Assembly: GCA_964512105.1 (NCBI GenBank) | Contig: CAZEGI010000001.1 | Span: 40,534 to 104,533 of the forward strand | DNA from: an uncultured archaeon | GTDB taxonomy: Archaea; Altiarchaeota; Altiarchaeia; IMC4; CAZEGI01 | Length of the DNA stretch: 64,000 bases | Direction of reading: 5' to 3' | Part shown: one piece after another, positions 54,736-63,910 of the stretch | Position numbering within the stretch: position 1 is the stretch's first letter | Layout: each line of letters opens with the position of its first letter | Translations under genes and position numbers: made by a program | Notes under the pieces: generated by a model | The model's database searches: none | Told to the model about the DNA's origin: nothing | The model's input: only the letters and a program-made list of their open reading frames with translations

Positions 54736-56011
54736 GGTCGAGATTGTAACGGAAAGCGAAACATACCGCGGATTTGTCATGCCGAGGCCGGAGCTTGCGG
54801 GCGACAGACACCTCGTGTTAAAACTTGAGAACGGTTACAACATCGGCATAGAAAAAAACAAAATAAAAAAGATAAACATCATCGAAAAAATAAAAGAGAA
54901 AAAAAATATTGAAAGGGCGGCGGTAAAGGAAGATAAGAATAAAGCAACCGTGTCCGTGCTCTCTACGGGCGGAACAATCTCCTCCCGGGTTGATTACCGT
55001 ACGGGCGGCGTTTATGCGAGCTACACGGCCAAGGATTTGCTTGAGGTCGCCCCAGAACTGAATGACATCGCCAACATAAAATCCCGTTTTTTGATGAATA
55101 TCATGTCCGAAGACATGAACCCGAAACTCTGGATAAAAATTGCAAGGGAAGTTGCTGAAGAACTCAAAAAATCGGATGGCGTTGTCGTCACGCATGGAAC
55201 GGACACCATGCACTATTCGACGGCTGCGGTGAGTTTTTTGCTCAGGGATTTACACAAACCAGTCGTTTTTACCGGTTCTCAACGTTCAACGGACCGTGGT
55301 TCTTCGGATTGTTTCGTCAACCTCATATGTTCAGCGATACTTGCAAAAAGCGACATTGCCGGCGTTTCCTTGGTTATGCACGGATCCTTGAACGATAATT
55401 ATTGTTTTGCGCATCGCGGAACAAAGGTAAGGAAAATGCACACCTCCCGCAGGGACGCGTTCCAGAGCATAAATGATAAACCTTTAGCAAAAATTTATCC
55501 CAGTGGAAAGATAGAGGTGTTGAATAAAAATTATCCAAAAAGAAAAGAAGGTAAGGTAACCGTTGATGATAAATTAGAAGAAAAAGTAGCATTCATAAAA
55601 ATCTACCCAGGAATGAATCCCGAAATAGTGGATTTTTACCTTGGTAAAGGTTACAAAGGCATCGTTTTCGAGGGAACTGCGCTGGGGCACGTTCCTACCA
55701 CCCTAAAGGAAACCAGCATTATACCTAAGATAGAGCTGGCAAAGGACAGAGGTGTTGCAATGGCAATGACAACTCAGTGCCTATTTGGGCGCGTGCACCC
55801 GCACGTCTATGCAAATCTACGCGAGGTCAGTTCCTGTGGCGTGATATATTGCGAGGATATGCTTCCAGAAACAGCCTACGTCAAACTAATGTGGGTTTTA
55901 GGTCATACAAGTAAGTCAGAAGAAGTCAAGAAACTTATGCTGACAAACATTGCGGGCGAAATAACTCCCAGAACGCACATAGACGAAACTATTCTTTCAA
56001 CTTCTTTATGA
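54707..56011 (+). CDS. gatD: Glu-tRNA(Gln) amidotransferase subunit D
   Basis: The N-terminal GatD-specific domain (GDRVEIVTESETYRGFVMP) is followed by an asparaginase fold (VLSTGGTISS, VTHGTDTMHYS). Confidence 0.85.
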   Translation: MHSEPKPGDRVEIVTESETYRGFVMPRPELAGDRHLVLKLENGYNIGIEKNKIKKINIIEKIKEKKNIERAAVKEDKNKATVSVLSTGGTISSRVDYRTGGVYASYTAKDLLEVAPELNDIANIKSRFLMNIMSEDMNPKLWIKIAREVAEELKKSDGVVVTHGTDTMHYSTAAVSFLLRDLHKPVVFTGSQRSTDRGSSDCFVNLICSAILAKSDIAGVSLVMHGSLNDNYCFAHRGTKVRKMHTSRRDAFQSINDKPLAKIYPSGKIEVLNKNYPKRKEGKVTVDDKLEEKVAFIKIYPGMNPEIVDFYLGKGYKGIVFEGTALGHVPTTLKETSIIPKIELAKDRGVAMAMTTQCLFGRVHPHVYANLREVSSCGVIYCEDMLPETAYVKLMWVLGHTSKSEEVKKLMLTNIAGEITPRTHIDETILSTSL

Positions 56012-56285
56012 CCTCTAAAACGTCCTTCAGCGAGTTGTAAATAAGGAACGAATTTCTAAGTCGTTCCGAGTTCGTGTCACCCAGCTCAGTTGACTTACTG
56101 AGCTGCTGATACTGCTCCTCATTAAGCGTCACCATTATCTTCTTTCTCATATCTATCCCCCAGAGCTACTATATATGTATGATATATGTCTGATAACTTA
56201 TAAATGGTAAATATATCTGTAAACGCCAAAATCGGTCATTTACGCCGGAATTTTGACTTATCCTAGCGCTCGATGCATATCGATT

Positions 56286-57437
56286 TTATTTTGCGAGTAA
56301 CCTTCGTGCATTATCCGAAAGGCCGTAAACATACTGGATTCTGCCAGCCCTTTTTTCCTTACTGCAACGTATAACAAGCGGATAAGGCACCCCAGGCTTT
56401 CTTTTTACCTCCTCTGGATTAAGCCCTCGGAGTTTCCTTATCAATGAACCTATGCTCCTGATGTCCTTCCCCAAGACATCCGATAACTCCGTTATGCTCA
56501 TGGATTCACGTTCCATTAACAACTTCACAATTTCGAGTTGCGTCGGGGACAATTCATCAGTAAAATCGCCGCTGGGCACCGCTTTTTCCACTGTTATGCC
56601 TGGGCTTAATTCGGACTCAAAATCCTCCACTTCGGGTTCAATTTTTTCTTCATATGTGTGTGTTCCTAACAACTCCTCCACAACCCTGTCCGTAATCTCA
56701 AATATTTCCCTCTTTGCGCAACCCTCTAAAACGGTCTGGCCGTTCTCCAAAAGAAGTCTCGGAACGCTGTTTGCAGACTCTGCAAGTCGCTTTATGCCGG
56801 CCTCCGTGAATGGTGCGGTCCCCTTACCTTTGACCCACGCTATGCGGTTTTTTACAATTTCAACCAGCTGCTCGGTGGTCAGGGGCTTTAGCGTTATCGT
56901 CCTTGATTTCCTGTCCCTAAACGCGCTCTCAGCGGTAATTCTATCCACCAAACTACTCAGACCGAAGAACATCATAAAGACATTGTCTGCCCTGTCATTC
57001 AGTATCCTGAGCCACTTAAACAACCCGTCATCATATTCATGGGCTTCATCAAACAGGATGAGTAGCCTCTTTTTACCAAGGTTTTTTTGCAGAAAATCGC
57101 CAACAGACGTTCTATCCATATTCCTTGCTGATAAACGTTTCCAAAACGGCAGTGTGCTGATAATTCTTCTCGCAACGTTTTCTTCTGGTTCATATGCGTC
57201 AAATGAGACAACATAGTCTACGCCTATCGGTTTTTTCATCATGATCTGGTTCATAAATGTTGTTTTTCCATAGCCGATAGGTGCAGTAACCACTATTATT
57301 CTATCCCAGCCGCCGACAGATTCGCAAACCTGCCTGTACTCATCAACACGCCCTATTATCGGTATGTCTAAAGAGGTCGATTTTATGAATGGGCTCTTTG
57401 ACCAACCATAATGTACGTAGTACTCGTTTCTGTCCAT
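56286..57437 (-). CDS. AAA+ ATPase (ExeA/AAA_22-like, Orc1-like architecture) with a C-terminal winged-helix domain
   Basis: The N-terminus YYVHYGWSKSPF...IIGRVDEYRQV matches the ExeA pattern. Walker A is VTAPIGYGKTTF and Walker B is LLILFDEAHEY. The C-terminal ITELSDVLGKDIRSIGSLIRKL is wHTH-like. Confidence 0.6.
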   Translation of the reverse strand: MDRNEYYVHYGWSKSPFIKSTSLDIPIIGRVDEYRQVCESVGGWDRIIVVTAPIGYGKTTFMNQIMMKKPIGVDYVVSFDAYEPEENVARRIISTLPFWKRLSARNMDRTSVGDFLQKNLGKKRLLILFDEAHEYDDGLFKWLRILNDRADNVFMMFFGLSSLVDRITAESAFRDRKSRTITLKPLTTEQLVEIVKNRIAWVKGKGTAPFTEAGIKRLAESANSVPRLLLENGQTVLEGCAKREIFEITDRVVEELLGTHTYEEKIEPEVEDFESELSPGITVEKAVPSGDFTDELSPTQLEIVKLLMERESMSITELSDVLGKDIRSIGSLIRKLRGLNPEEVKRKPGVPYPLVIRCSKEKRAGRIQYVYGLSDNARRLLAK

Positions 57438-57583
57438 TTCAAGTCACAAAAATAATTCACATGACTTACATCTAAATATACTCGTTGCAATTTAAAAATA
57501 AACCGTGTTTTTGCAATGAAAGTAAGTCATAATACTAAGTCAAAGTAAGTCACAAAGATACGTCATGACTTACTTTTATTTTT
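57438..57583. promoter_or_regulatory. Repeat-dense intergenic region: AAGTCA-N15-TGACTT; AGTAAGTCA (x2), TAAGTCA, and the perfect 9-bp inverted repeat AGTAAGTCA-N13-TGACTTACT; the stretch between is AT-rich with TTGCAA boxes
   Basis: Read directly: 57521-57529, 57536-57542, 57544-57552 and 57566-57574. The same 9-mer TGACTTACT also sits at 56091-56099 on the far side of the ATPase gene. Confidence 0.7.
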
Positions 57584-57613
57584 ATGTTACAAATCTTTAG
57601 AAATAACTGGAAA

Positions 57614-58870
57614 ATGTTAGTCGGAATAGACGACACGGATTCATTAAAGGGAATGTGCACAACGTATCTGGCTGCAATAATATCGCGAGAGTTGGATGTT
57701 TATGGCTATCCGCGTCTTATACGGCTAAACCCAAACATCCCATACAAGACACGCGGCAATGGCGCAGTTATGCTGAATATCAACGGGAATTCCAGAACAA
57801 TAAAGAGCACGGTTTTAAAACTCGTCAAGAAACTATCACAACTGGATGATAAAAAAACCAACCCCGGAGTAGTTTTTCTCGAAAATCCAGAAAAAGAAAA
57901 AATAAAAATTCTGAACAATTTTTACAGGCGGGTGGTTTCCGAACTTGTGACAATCAGGGATGCGGAGAACGTTGCAGAAAAGGTTAATGCAGACGTCCAC
58001 AAATTCAAAAACGGAAGAGGAATCATCGGCGCTCTGGCAGCAATCGGCGCAGTTCTTGATGATAAGACCTACGAAATGATAGGGTATCGTCATCCGAATA
58101 ACTACGGAAAGGCCCGCAGAATTGATAGGGAATCTGTTTATAAAATGAACGAGAAATTCTATCCAAAACTGTTCGATACCATCGACCCGGAAACAAAGCG
58201 CATCCTGATAACGCCGCGCGGCTATGATCCGATCTTATTCGGAATCCGTGGCGAAGACCCAAAAGAACTCGAGTCTGCGTTCAGGCAACTTAAAATTTAC
58301 GAACCTCTTGAACTAAAACTGATTTTTGAAACAAACCAGGCAACCGACTCCCACCTCAGAAAAAAGAAAATAACCGACATTAAACCGTACGATTGTGTTA
58401 TCGTTGACGGGCATATTACACAAAAACCAAAAACGCTAGAAGGCGGCCATGTGGTTTTTAATATCCAGGACTCATCAACAAACATGGATTGTGCTGCCTA
58501 CGAACCAACAGGCGGGTTTAGGGACATCGTGAAACAGTTGGAAGTGGGGGATTACGTGGAAGCATGCGGGGGCGTCGGCAAATACAAAAAAACAATCAAT
58601 CTCGAAAAAATCAGAATTTTGGAACTGAACAAAAAATACGAAAATGTAGTGCCTAACTGCTGCAACAAAAAAATGACCTCCGCCGGAAAAAACAAGGGCT
58701 ACAAGTGCAGAAAATGCGGTAAACGAATACGGAGTCATGAAATTAAGTCAAGAGAAGTCAGGAGAAATCTTGAACTTAGGAGTTATGAAGTTCCGCCGCG
58801 GGCGAGAAGACACCTAAGCAAACCGCTCGTGAGGGAATCACTTCAATCTTCTAATCAACTCCTCTTTTGA
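57614..58870 (+). CDS. tiaS: tRNA(Ile2) 2-agmatinylcytidine synthetase
   Basis: The N-terminus MLVGIDDTDSLKGMCTTYLAA is the TiaS hallmark. There is a C-terminal Zn ribbon (CRKCGKRI). Confidence 0.8.
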   Translation: MLVGIDDTDSLKGMCTTYLAAIISRELDVYGYPRLIRLNPNIPYKTRGNGAVMLNINGNSRTIKSTVLKLVKKLSQLDDKKTNPGVVFLENPEKEKIKILNNFYRRVVSELVTIRDAENVAEKVNADVHKFKNGRGIIGALAAIGAVLDDKTYEMIGYRHPNNYGKARRIDRESVYKMNEKFYPKLFDTIDPETKRILITPRGYDPILFGIRGEDPKELESAFRQLKIYEPLELKLIFETNQATDSHLRKKKITDIKPYDCVIVDGHITQKPKTLEGGHVVFNIQDSSTNMDCAAYEPTGGFRDIVKQLEVGDYVEACGGVGKYKKTINLEKIRILELNKKYENVVPNCCNKKMTSAGKNKGYKCRKCGKRIRSHEIKSREVRRNLELRSYEVPPRARRHLSKPLVRESLQSSNQLLF

Positions 58871-59197
58871 TGGAACTTCTCCGGTGGACACAACCTCATC
58901 ATCAACAACGATTCCTGGCGTTGAGGCAATCTGGTGCGTCAATGCTTCAAGAACAACATCGCTGTTGGCAACCACAGCAGGCGTCTTTTTTATTTCATCG
59001 ACGGAAGAATACACATTCAACACGTCCCCTTCTATATCTGCTGCACTTCCGGGTTTCAAATTATCCCCGTCTATCAGCTTCTCGACAAAATCCTTACCCT
59101 CCTTAAGGCCAACTTCTTTTACGACCTCTCTAACAACTCTTCGTGCCTCTGGGCACTTTGGGCATTTAATTCCCGTGTACAAAACAATCCTTGCCAT
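58838..59197 (-). CDS. Thioredoxin-fold protein (CPKC; glutaredoxin/NrdH-like)
   Basis: MARIVLYTGIKCPKCPEARRVV... has the thioredoxin-fold CxxC near the N-terminus and sits adjacent to nrdD. Confidence 0.55.
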   Translation of the reverse strand: MARIVLYTGIKCPKCPEARRVVREVVKEVGLKEGKDFVEKLIDGDNLKPGSAADIEGDVLNVYSSVDEIKKTPAVVANSDVVLEALTHQIASTPGIVVDDEVVSTGEVPSKEELIRRLK

Positions 59198-59202
59198 CTT
59201 AA

Positions 59203-61593
59203 TCAGAAATCAAGGTCGCTGTTCCAGCCATTGACACCCTGAAGTTCGATACTCTTCTTTATATCGTCTGGAAGCTCCACCGGCTTACCACCCAATCCGT
59301 AGCGTTTCCTTTCCCTCAGCTCAGTAAGTTTTCCTTTATTCCAACCACCAACGTTCTGATAGTAGCCCGTTATTCTGGACCACCAGTCAAGGTTTTTGGA
59401 ACCGCATTTCGGGCAGATGTTCGTCAAACCGCTTGTCGTATAATTGCATTCTTTGCAGACCGAAAGGTCCTTTGTATACGAATAATACTGAATTGCCGTC
59501 TGTGTCGCGATTTTTTCCGTTAACTCGTAAATGCCTTCGGCTTTTGGTGTCGATTCCCCAAGCCAAACATGCGTCATCGCCCCACCATCCGTCAGCGGAT
59601 GGAAAGAACCCTCGATTTTCAACCTCTTCCAGAGTGGAACATCCGCCGATGGTCTGACATGGAACGAATTTGTGTAATATGCCTCGTCGCCCCTGCCGTT
59701 CGCAACAAACCTCTTTCCGTATTTCTTGTTGTCTATCTGTGCCAGTCTATAAGCGCAAGATTCAGCAGGGGTTCTTGCAAGTGAAAAGTTAAGTTTCGTT
59801 TCCTTTCTGAATTCGGCTACGGTATCCTTCATCTTCTTCATCACCTTCAGACCGAATTTCCATGCGTTATCGGATTCATGCATCTCTTCACCCAGATGCG
59901 CCTTTAAAAGTTCATTCATTCCAACCAGACCGACAATAAAGCTCTGCCTGTCGGTTTCCAGGTAGCGAGCCCCTTTTTTGTCGATTGGCTGGTTCATGAA
60001 CGGCAACAACCCGTTTTTCAGGTTTCTCTCTATTATTCTGCGCTTCAGAAGCAGGACGTTCTTGGCCTTTTCCATCCTGCTTCTCAGCAGGGCAAATAAC
60101 TTTTCGTCATTCCCGTTTGCTTCATAGGCGATTTGCGGAAGATTTATTGTAACAACCTGCAGTGCACCACCGCGAATGGTTCCATTTACGACATCATCAG
60201 ATGTACTCGCATCATCCAAGGGCATCAAAAAAGAGCAGCACTGGTAACACGCGAACTCCGGCATGTACGGCTGGTTGATTATGTAATACGGCGTTCCGAA
60301 CTTTGCAGCAAGCGCGGAAACCTTCAGCAATTCTTCTTTATGTTCCCCTTTCTTGAAATCCTCAGGATAAACCTGAACCTCGAACTTCGGGAAAATGAAC
60401 GGTTTGCCCACATAGTCGCCGCCGGAATAAACATCGAGAAGCGCGTTAAACAGAAGCTTTATCTCGTCCTCAAAATCCGAGTACGTGACCCGCTCCCTCA
60501 CCTTTCCGGACGGCGTTATTGCCGGAATGTCCTTGAATTTTTTCGGTGCAGACATATCGCAATCAATGCTGCTGAAAACCGTTTGTCCGCCGCGTGCAAC
60601 GTACATCTGCGACATTTCATAGATGAACATCTGTGCCAGCTGTTTCACCCTATCGTAGTCCAAGCCCTCAATATAAGGAGCCATGAACGTGTTGAAGTAA
60701 CTGAAACCCTGACCGCCGGCACAGTTTGTCTGAGCTGCCGCCAGAATCTTTGCTGCATGCAGGAACGCAACCTCGGGACGTTTTGCGGGACCGGCAATCG
60801 CGGTATGATTGCCAACACCGTCCGCCTTAAAACCGTTTTTCAGGAAAAATCTCACGTCGTGCGAAAAACAGAACGGTCTCGTCGGGAAGTAATCCAGATC
60901 ATGGATGTGGATTTCACCGGCCATGTGCGCATCCGCGAGTTCGATGGGCAGAACGTTTATCAGCGCGTATTCTTTTGAAATCTGGTCAGCCATTAACTTA
61001 TGCACGGTTTCGGGGTTGTACTGCAGATTCGCGTTTTCCTTTGAACCGTGCTCCACAAGATTGCGGACATCGTAAACGGGCATCCCTAATCTTGTATACT
61101 TCGCACGCGCCTTTTCCAGTCCGTGCTCCAGCAGTTTTACATTTACCAATTCCCTTATAAGCGGAGCCGTGACGTAATTCAACTTCAAATGCCCAATCTC
61201 CTTTTCAACCGCCTTCGCTATAGTTTCAGCATGTATCTTATCCAGACCGGTTTCCTTAATCAGCGATTTTACTATCCTTCCCCTGTCAAAAACGTCCAGC
61301 GTCGTTTTTGATGTTCTGACTTTCAGGCCCGACCGATACATATAATTTTCAGCAATCTTCGGGTTTTCTTTTTTTAATCTCGTGTAAACTATTTTTCGTA
61401 TCTCGCTTGTTGTAGTGCCATCATCTACCGTTTCCGCAATCTTTGAGGCAATCTTTGAAGCGAGAACGAAAGAGGCACCGGCATTCATGCAGCTCGCGAT
61501 AATCTTGTCGACATTAAACTCCTGAAGGGCATTGTTGTTTTTTTTGACCTTCACTTTTTTATTGTTTTCCAGTATAGCCCATCGCATCGCCAT
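59203..61593 (-). CDS. nrdD: Anaerobic ribonucleoside-triphosphate reductase (class III) with an ATP-cone
   Basis: The N-terminal ATP-cone (VKKNNNALQEFNVDKII) is followed by the glycyl-radical RNR core. There is a C-terminal Zn ribbon CKECNY...CPKCG and a glycyl radical motif SRITGYY. Confidence 0.85.
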   Translation of the reverse strand: MAMRWAILENNKKVKVKKNNNALQEFNVDKIIASCMNAGASFVLASKIASKIAETVDDGTTTSEIRKIVYTRLKKENPKIAENYMYRSGLKVRTSKTTLDVFDRGRIVKSLIKETGLDKIHAETIAKAVEKEIGHLKLNYVTAPLIRELVNVKLLEHGLEKARAKYTRLGMPVYDVRNLVEHGSKENANLQYNPETVHKLMADQISKEYALINVLPIELADAHMAGEIHIHDLDYFPTRPFCFSHDVRFFLKNGFKADGVGNHTAIAGPAKRPEVAFLHAAKILAAAQTNCAGGQGFSYFNTFMAPYIEGLDYDRVKQLAQMFIYEMSQMYVARGGQTVFSSIDCDMSAPKKFKDIPAITPSGKVRERVTYSDFEDEIKLLFNALLDVYSGGDYVGKPFIFPKFEVQVYPEDFKKGEHKEELLKVSALAAKFGTPYYIINQPYMPEFACYQCCSFLMPLDDASTSDDVVNGTIRGGALQVVTINLPQIAYEANGNDEKLFALLRSRMEKAKNVLLLKRRIIERNLKNGLLPFMNQPIDKKGARYLETDRQSFIVGLVGMNELLKAHLGEEMHESDNAWKFGLKVMKKMKDTVAEFRKETKLNFSLARTPAESCAYRLAQIDNKKYGKRFVANGRGDEAYYTNSFHVRPSADVPLWKRLKIEGSFHPLTDGGAMTHVWLGESTPKAEGIYELTEKIATQTAIQYYSYTKDLSVCKECNYTTSGLTNICPKCGSKNLDWWSRITGYYQNVGGWNKGKLTELRERKRYGLGGKPVELPDDIKKSIELQGVNGWNSDLDF

Positions 61594-61697
61594 TCTATTT
61601 TTCCAAATCTCCGCTTGGAATTTCAGTAATGAATATAATTACGTAAATAAAAATGTTGCACTATCAACAAGGATAGTTTCTTTTCAAACCAAAAAAA

Positions 61698-61919
61698 TCA
61701 AACAGCGTCAACCCTCTTGATTCCCTTTACCTTTTCCTTTAAAGTTCTTTCAATCCCCATCTGCAGAGTCATCTGCGACATAGGACAACCCGCGCACGCA
61801 CCCCGCAATTTTACTTTAACCACGCCGCCATCAACACCTACAAGCTCGACATCGCCGCCGTCCGCCTGCAGCATCGGCCTTATCTCTTCGAGAACCTTTT
61901 CAACCTCGTCTTTTTTCAT
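61698..61919 (-). CDS. NifU-like (Nfu) Fe-S cluster scaffold domain protein
   Basis: VLEEIRPMLQADGGDVELVGVDGGVVKVKLRGACAGCPMSQMTLQMGIE is the NifU C-terminal domain with its CxxC. Confidence 0.8.
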   Translation of the reverse strand: MKKDEVEKVLEEIRPMLQADGGDVELVGVDGGVVKVKLRGACAGCPMSQMTLQMGIERTLKEKVKGIKRVDAV

Positions 61920-62167
61920 TTCCTCAATGCCTGCTCTATCCTAGCCCTATCGAATCCGACCACAATCTCGCCAGCAATATCCAAAACCGGAACACCGAGC
62001 TGCCCACTCTTCTCCACCATCTCGCGTGCGGCCTCCTGGTCTTCCGCGACGTTTATCTCCTCAAAGGCCACGCCGCCCTTTTTCAGATACTCTTTTGCCA
62101 TGGTGCAGTACGGACACGTTGGTGTTGAGTAAACAATAACTTTTTTTCCAGCCATTTTACCCCCCAA
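61916..62167 (-). CDS. grx: Glutaredoxin
   Basis: KKVIVYSTPTCPYCTMAKEYL...GVPVL is the classic CPYC glutaredoxin fold. Confidence 0.8.
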   Translation of the reverse strand: MGGKMAGKKVIVYSTPTCPYCTMAKEYLKKGGVAFEEINVAEDQEAAREMVEKSGQLGVPVLDIAGEIVVGFDRARIEQALRK

Positions 62168-62654
62168 CCGTTATCTTTGGCAAATCCATAACCTTATCTG
62201 CCGGCACCATAAACTCCGAATCGTCTATCGCTGTTTCTTCGCAACTCACCCGTGTTTTGTCCATCGCTTTTACGTCCTCCTCCGAAACAAAACCCTGCTC
62301 ACCAGCCGTTTTAATGTCATAGCTCATTCTTATCCATTTGTCTGTTCTGCTCATGTAAATATACAGATATTCACCATCGACGACGCCCCTAACAATGACC
62401 CCCCCAATCGTTCCATCATATCTCACTCGGTTGCCCTTAACCTTCATCTCCATCGTTCCGTCATCCACTTTTACATCGCACTTATACGAACCGCTAGCAA
62501 AAACATCCCCAGAACTTACGGTAGAACTCTCCTTGACTGTCGTTTGAGCCAAGGTCGTCTGGATGCTTGTGGTTTCTTCCTCTTTTGTCTCTGCGATGCA
62601 ACCAACCGCAAAAATACAAATTAGGACTAAAATAAAAACTAATGCTTTTTTCAT
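62157..62654 (-). CDS. Hypothetical secreted / lipoprotein-like protein
   Basis: Start MKKALVFILVLICIFAVGCIAE (signal peptide with Cys). The mature part is Thr/Ser-rich. No family recognised. Confidence 0.4.
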   Translation of the reverse strand: MKKALVFILVLICIFAVGCIAETKEEETTSIQTTLAQTTVKESSTVSSGDVFASGSYKCDVKVDDGTMEMKVKGNRVRYDGTIGGVIVRGVVDGEYLYIYMSRTDKWIRMSYDIKTAGEQGFVSEEDVKAMDKTRVSCEETAIDDSEFMVPADKVMDLPKITVGG

Positions 62655-62690
62655 GCCATTATCTAATACCCGAATAAACATAAAAGCAAG

Positions 62691-63893
62691 ATGCTCGATT
62701 ACCTACTGCTAACACTCATTGGGTGTTTGATTGGTGTGATAACCGGTCTAACTCCGGGCTTGCATGTGAACACCGTAACCCTCATTGGCCTTTCCATGTT
62801 TCCGGTGCTTGGTCTCACACCGCTCCAGTTCGCAGCCATAATGATCGCCGTCTCCATAACCCAAAATTTCCTTGATTTCATACCTGCCATATTCGTCGGC
62901 GTTCCTGAAGAAAGAACCGCGCTCAGCATACTGCCAACGCACAAACTGCTCTTACAGGGCAAGGCCCTCGAGGCTGTAAAGCTCACGGCGTACGGCAGTT
63001 TACTCGGGGTTGCCTTTTCGCTTCTGCTTTTGGTGCCCGCGTTGTTCATAATCCCGATAATCTACGAAAGTATTCGCGGATTTGTTGTATGGGTCGTCCT
63101 TATCGCGGTGCTGTTTCTAATCCTGCGCGAAAAAACCCAGGAAAAAATTATGTGGTCAGTCGCAGTGTTCCTGCTTTCCGGCTATTTTGGATTAACCATA
63201 TTCAAACTTAAAATCGTTTCCTCCACCCAGGTCTTGTTTCCGGCATTCGCAGGGCTGTTCGGTTTATCCACCATCATCTTTTCCCTAAAAGAAAAAACAA
63301 CAAAAATACCGCAGGACAGGTTCGCCCCTTTTCAATTCGACAGAAAACTTCTGTTTTCCGGGTTTCTCGGCTCTCTTGGCGGTGTAATCGTCGGGGTTCT
63401 GCCATCCATGAGCCCCTCGCAGATAGGCATAATAATGTCGGAAATTTTCGGAGGAAGCGTGAGAAATTTTCTTGTGTCGCTCAGCGCAATAAACACCTCC
63501 GACGCAATTTACTCTCTGGTTTCATTGTATACCATCAACAATCCGCGCAGCGGCGTTGCAACCATGCTCGGAAAAATAATAACAATAAACTTCAGCACTC
63601 TCATGTTGTTTACCGGCGTGATAGCTTTCAGTGCGGCGATTGCAACCTTCCTGCACCTGAAAACAGGGAAACTTGCAATAGCGTTCGTTGACAAAATAAA
63701 CTACCGGCTTCTCTGCATGGCATCGCTCGTACTCGTTTTATTTTTAATTTACGTATTCAACGGCATTTTCGGAATTCTGCTCTCGATGTTGGCGATGTCA
63801 ATCGGCATGCTGCCAATACTAACCGGAACGAGCAGAACGCATGCCATGGGCATTCTGGTTGTGCCAACGGTTTTTTATTTTTTAGGACTGTAA
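62691..63893 (+). CDS. TctA-family (DUF112) polytopic membrane transporter subunit
   Basis: The N-terminus LIGCLIGVITGLTPGLHVNTVTLIGLS and a later repeat LGGVIVGVLPSMSPSQIGIIMSE match the two GxxPG-type repeats of TctA. Confidence 0.6.
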   Translation: MLDYLLLTLIGCLIGVITGLTPGLHVNTVTLIGLSMFPVLGLTPLQFAAIMIAVSITQNFLDFIPAIFVGVPEERTALSILPTHKLLLQGKALEAVKLTAYGSLLGVAFSLLLLVPALFIIPIIYESIRGFVVWVVLIAVLFLILREKTQEKIMWSVAVFLLSGYFGLTIFKLKIVSSTQVLFPAFAGLFGLSTIIFSLKEKTTKIPQDRFAPFQFDRKLLFSGFLGSLGGVIVGVLPSMSPSQIGIIMSEIFGGSVRNFLVSLSAINTSDAIYSLVSLYTINNPRSGVATMLGKIITINFSTLMLFTGVIAFSAAIATFLHLKTGKLAIAFVDKINYRLLCMASLVLVLFLIYVFNGIFGILLSMLAMSIGMLPILTGTSRTHAMGILVVPTVFYFLGL

Positions 63894-63910
63894 CTCATAT
63901 ACAGTAACGA

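Noticed and set aside
55989-56151. Apparent small ribbon-helix-helix-like ORF on the minus strand downstream of gatD (MRKKIMVTLNEEQYQQL...)
   Set aside because: Careful reverse-complement shows an in-frame TAA after 18 codons (MRKKIMVTLNEEQYQQLQ*). This is too short. The region is better read as two terminator-like hairpins (GGAACGA...TCGTTCC; CAGCTC...GAGCTG) between convergent genes.
58645-58658. Third copy of TGTAGTGCCTAACT inside tiaS
   Set aside because: A single 14-mer match in 64 kb is within chance expectation and lies in coding sequence. Only the two intergenic copies 130 bp apart are treated as a real repeat.
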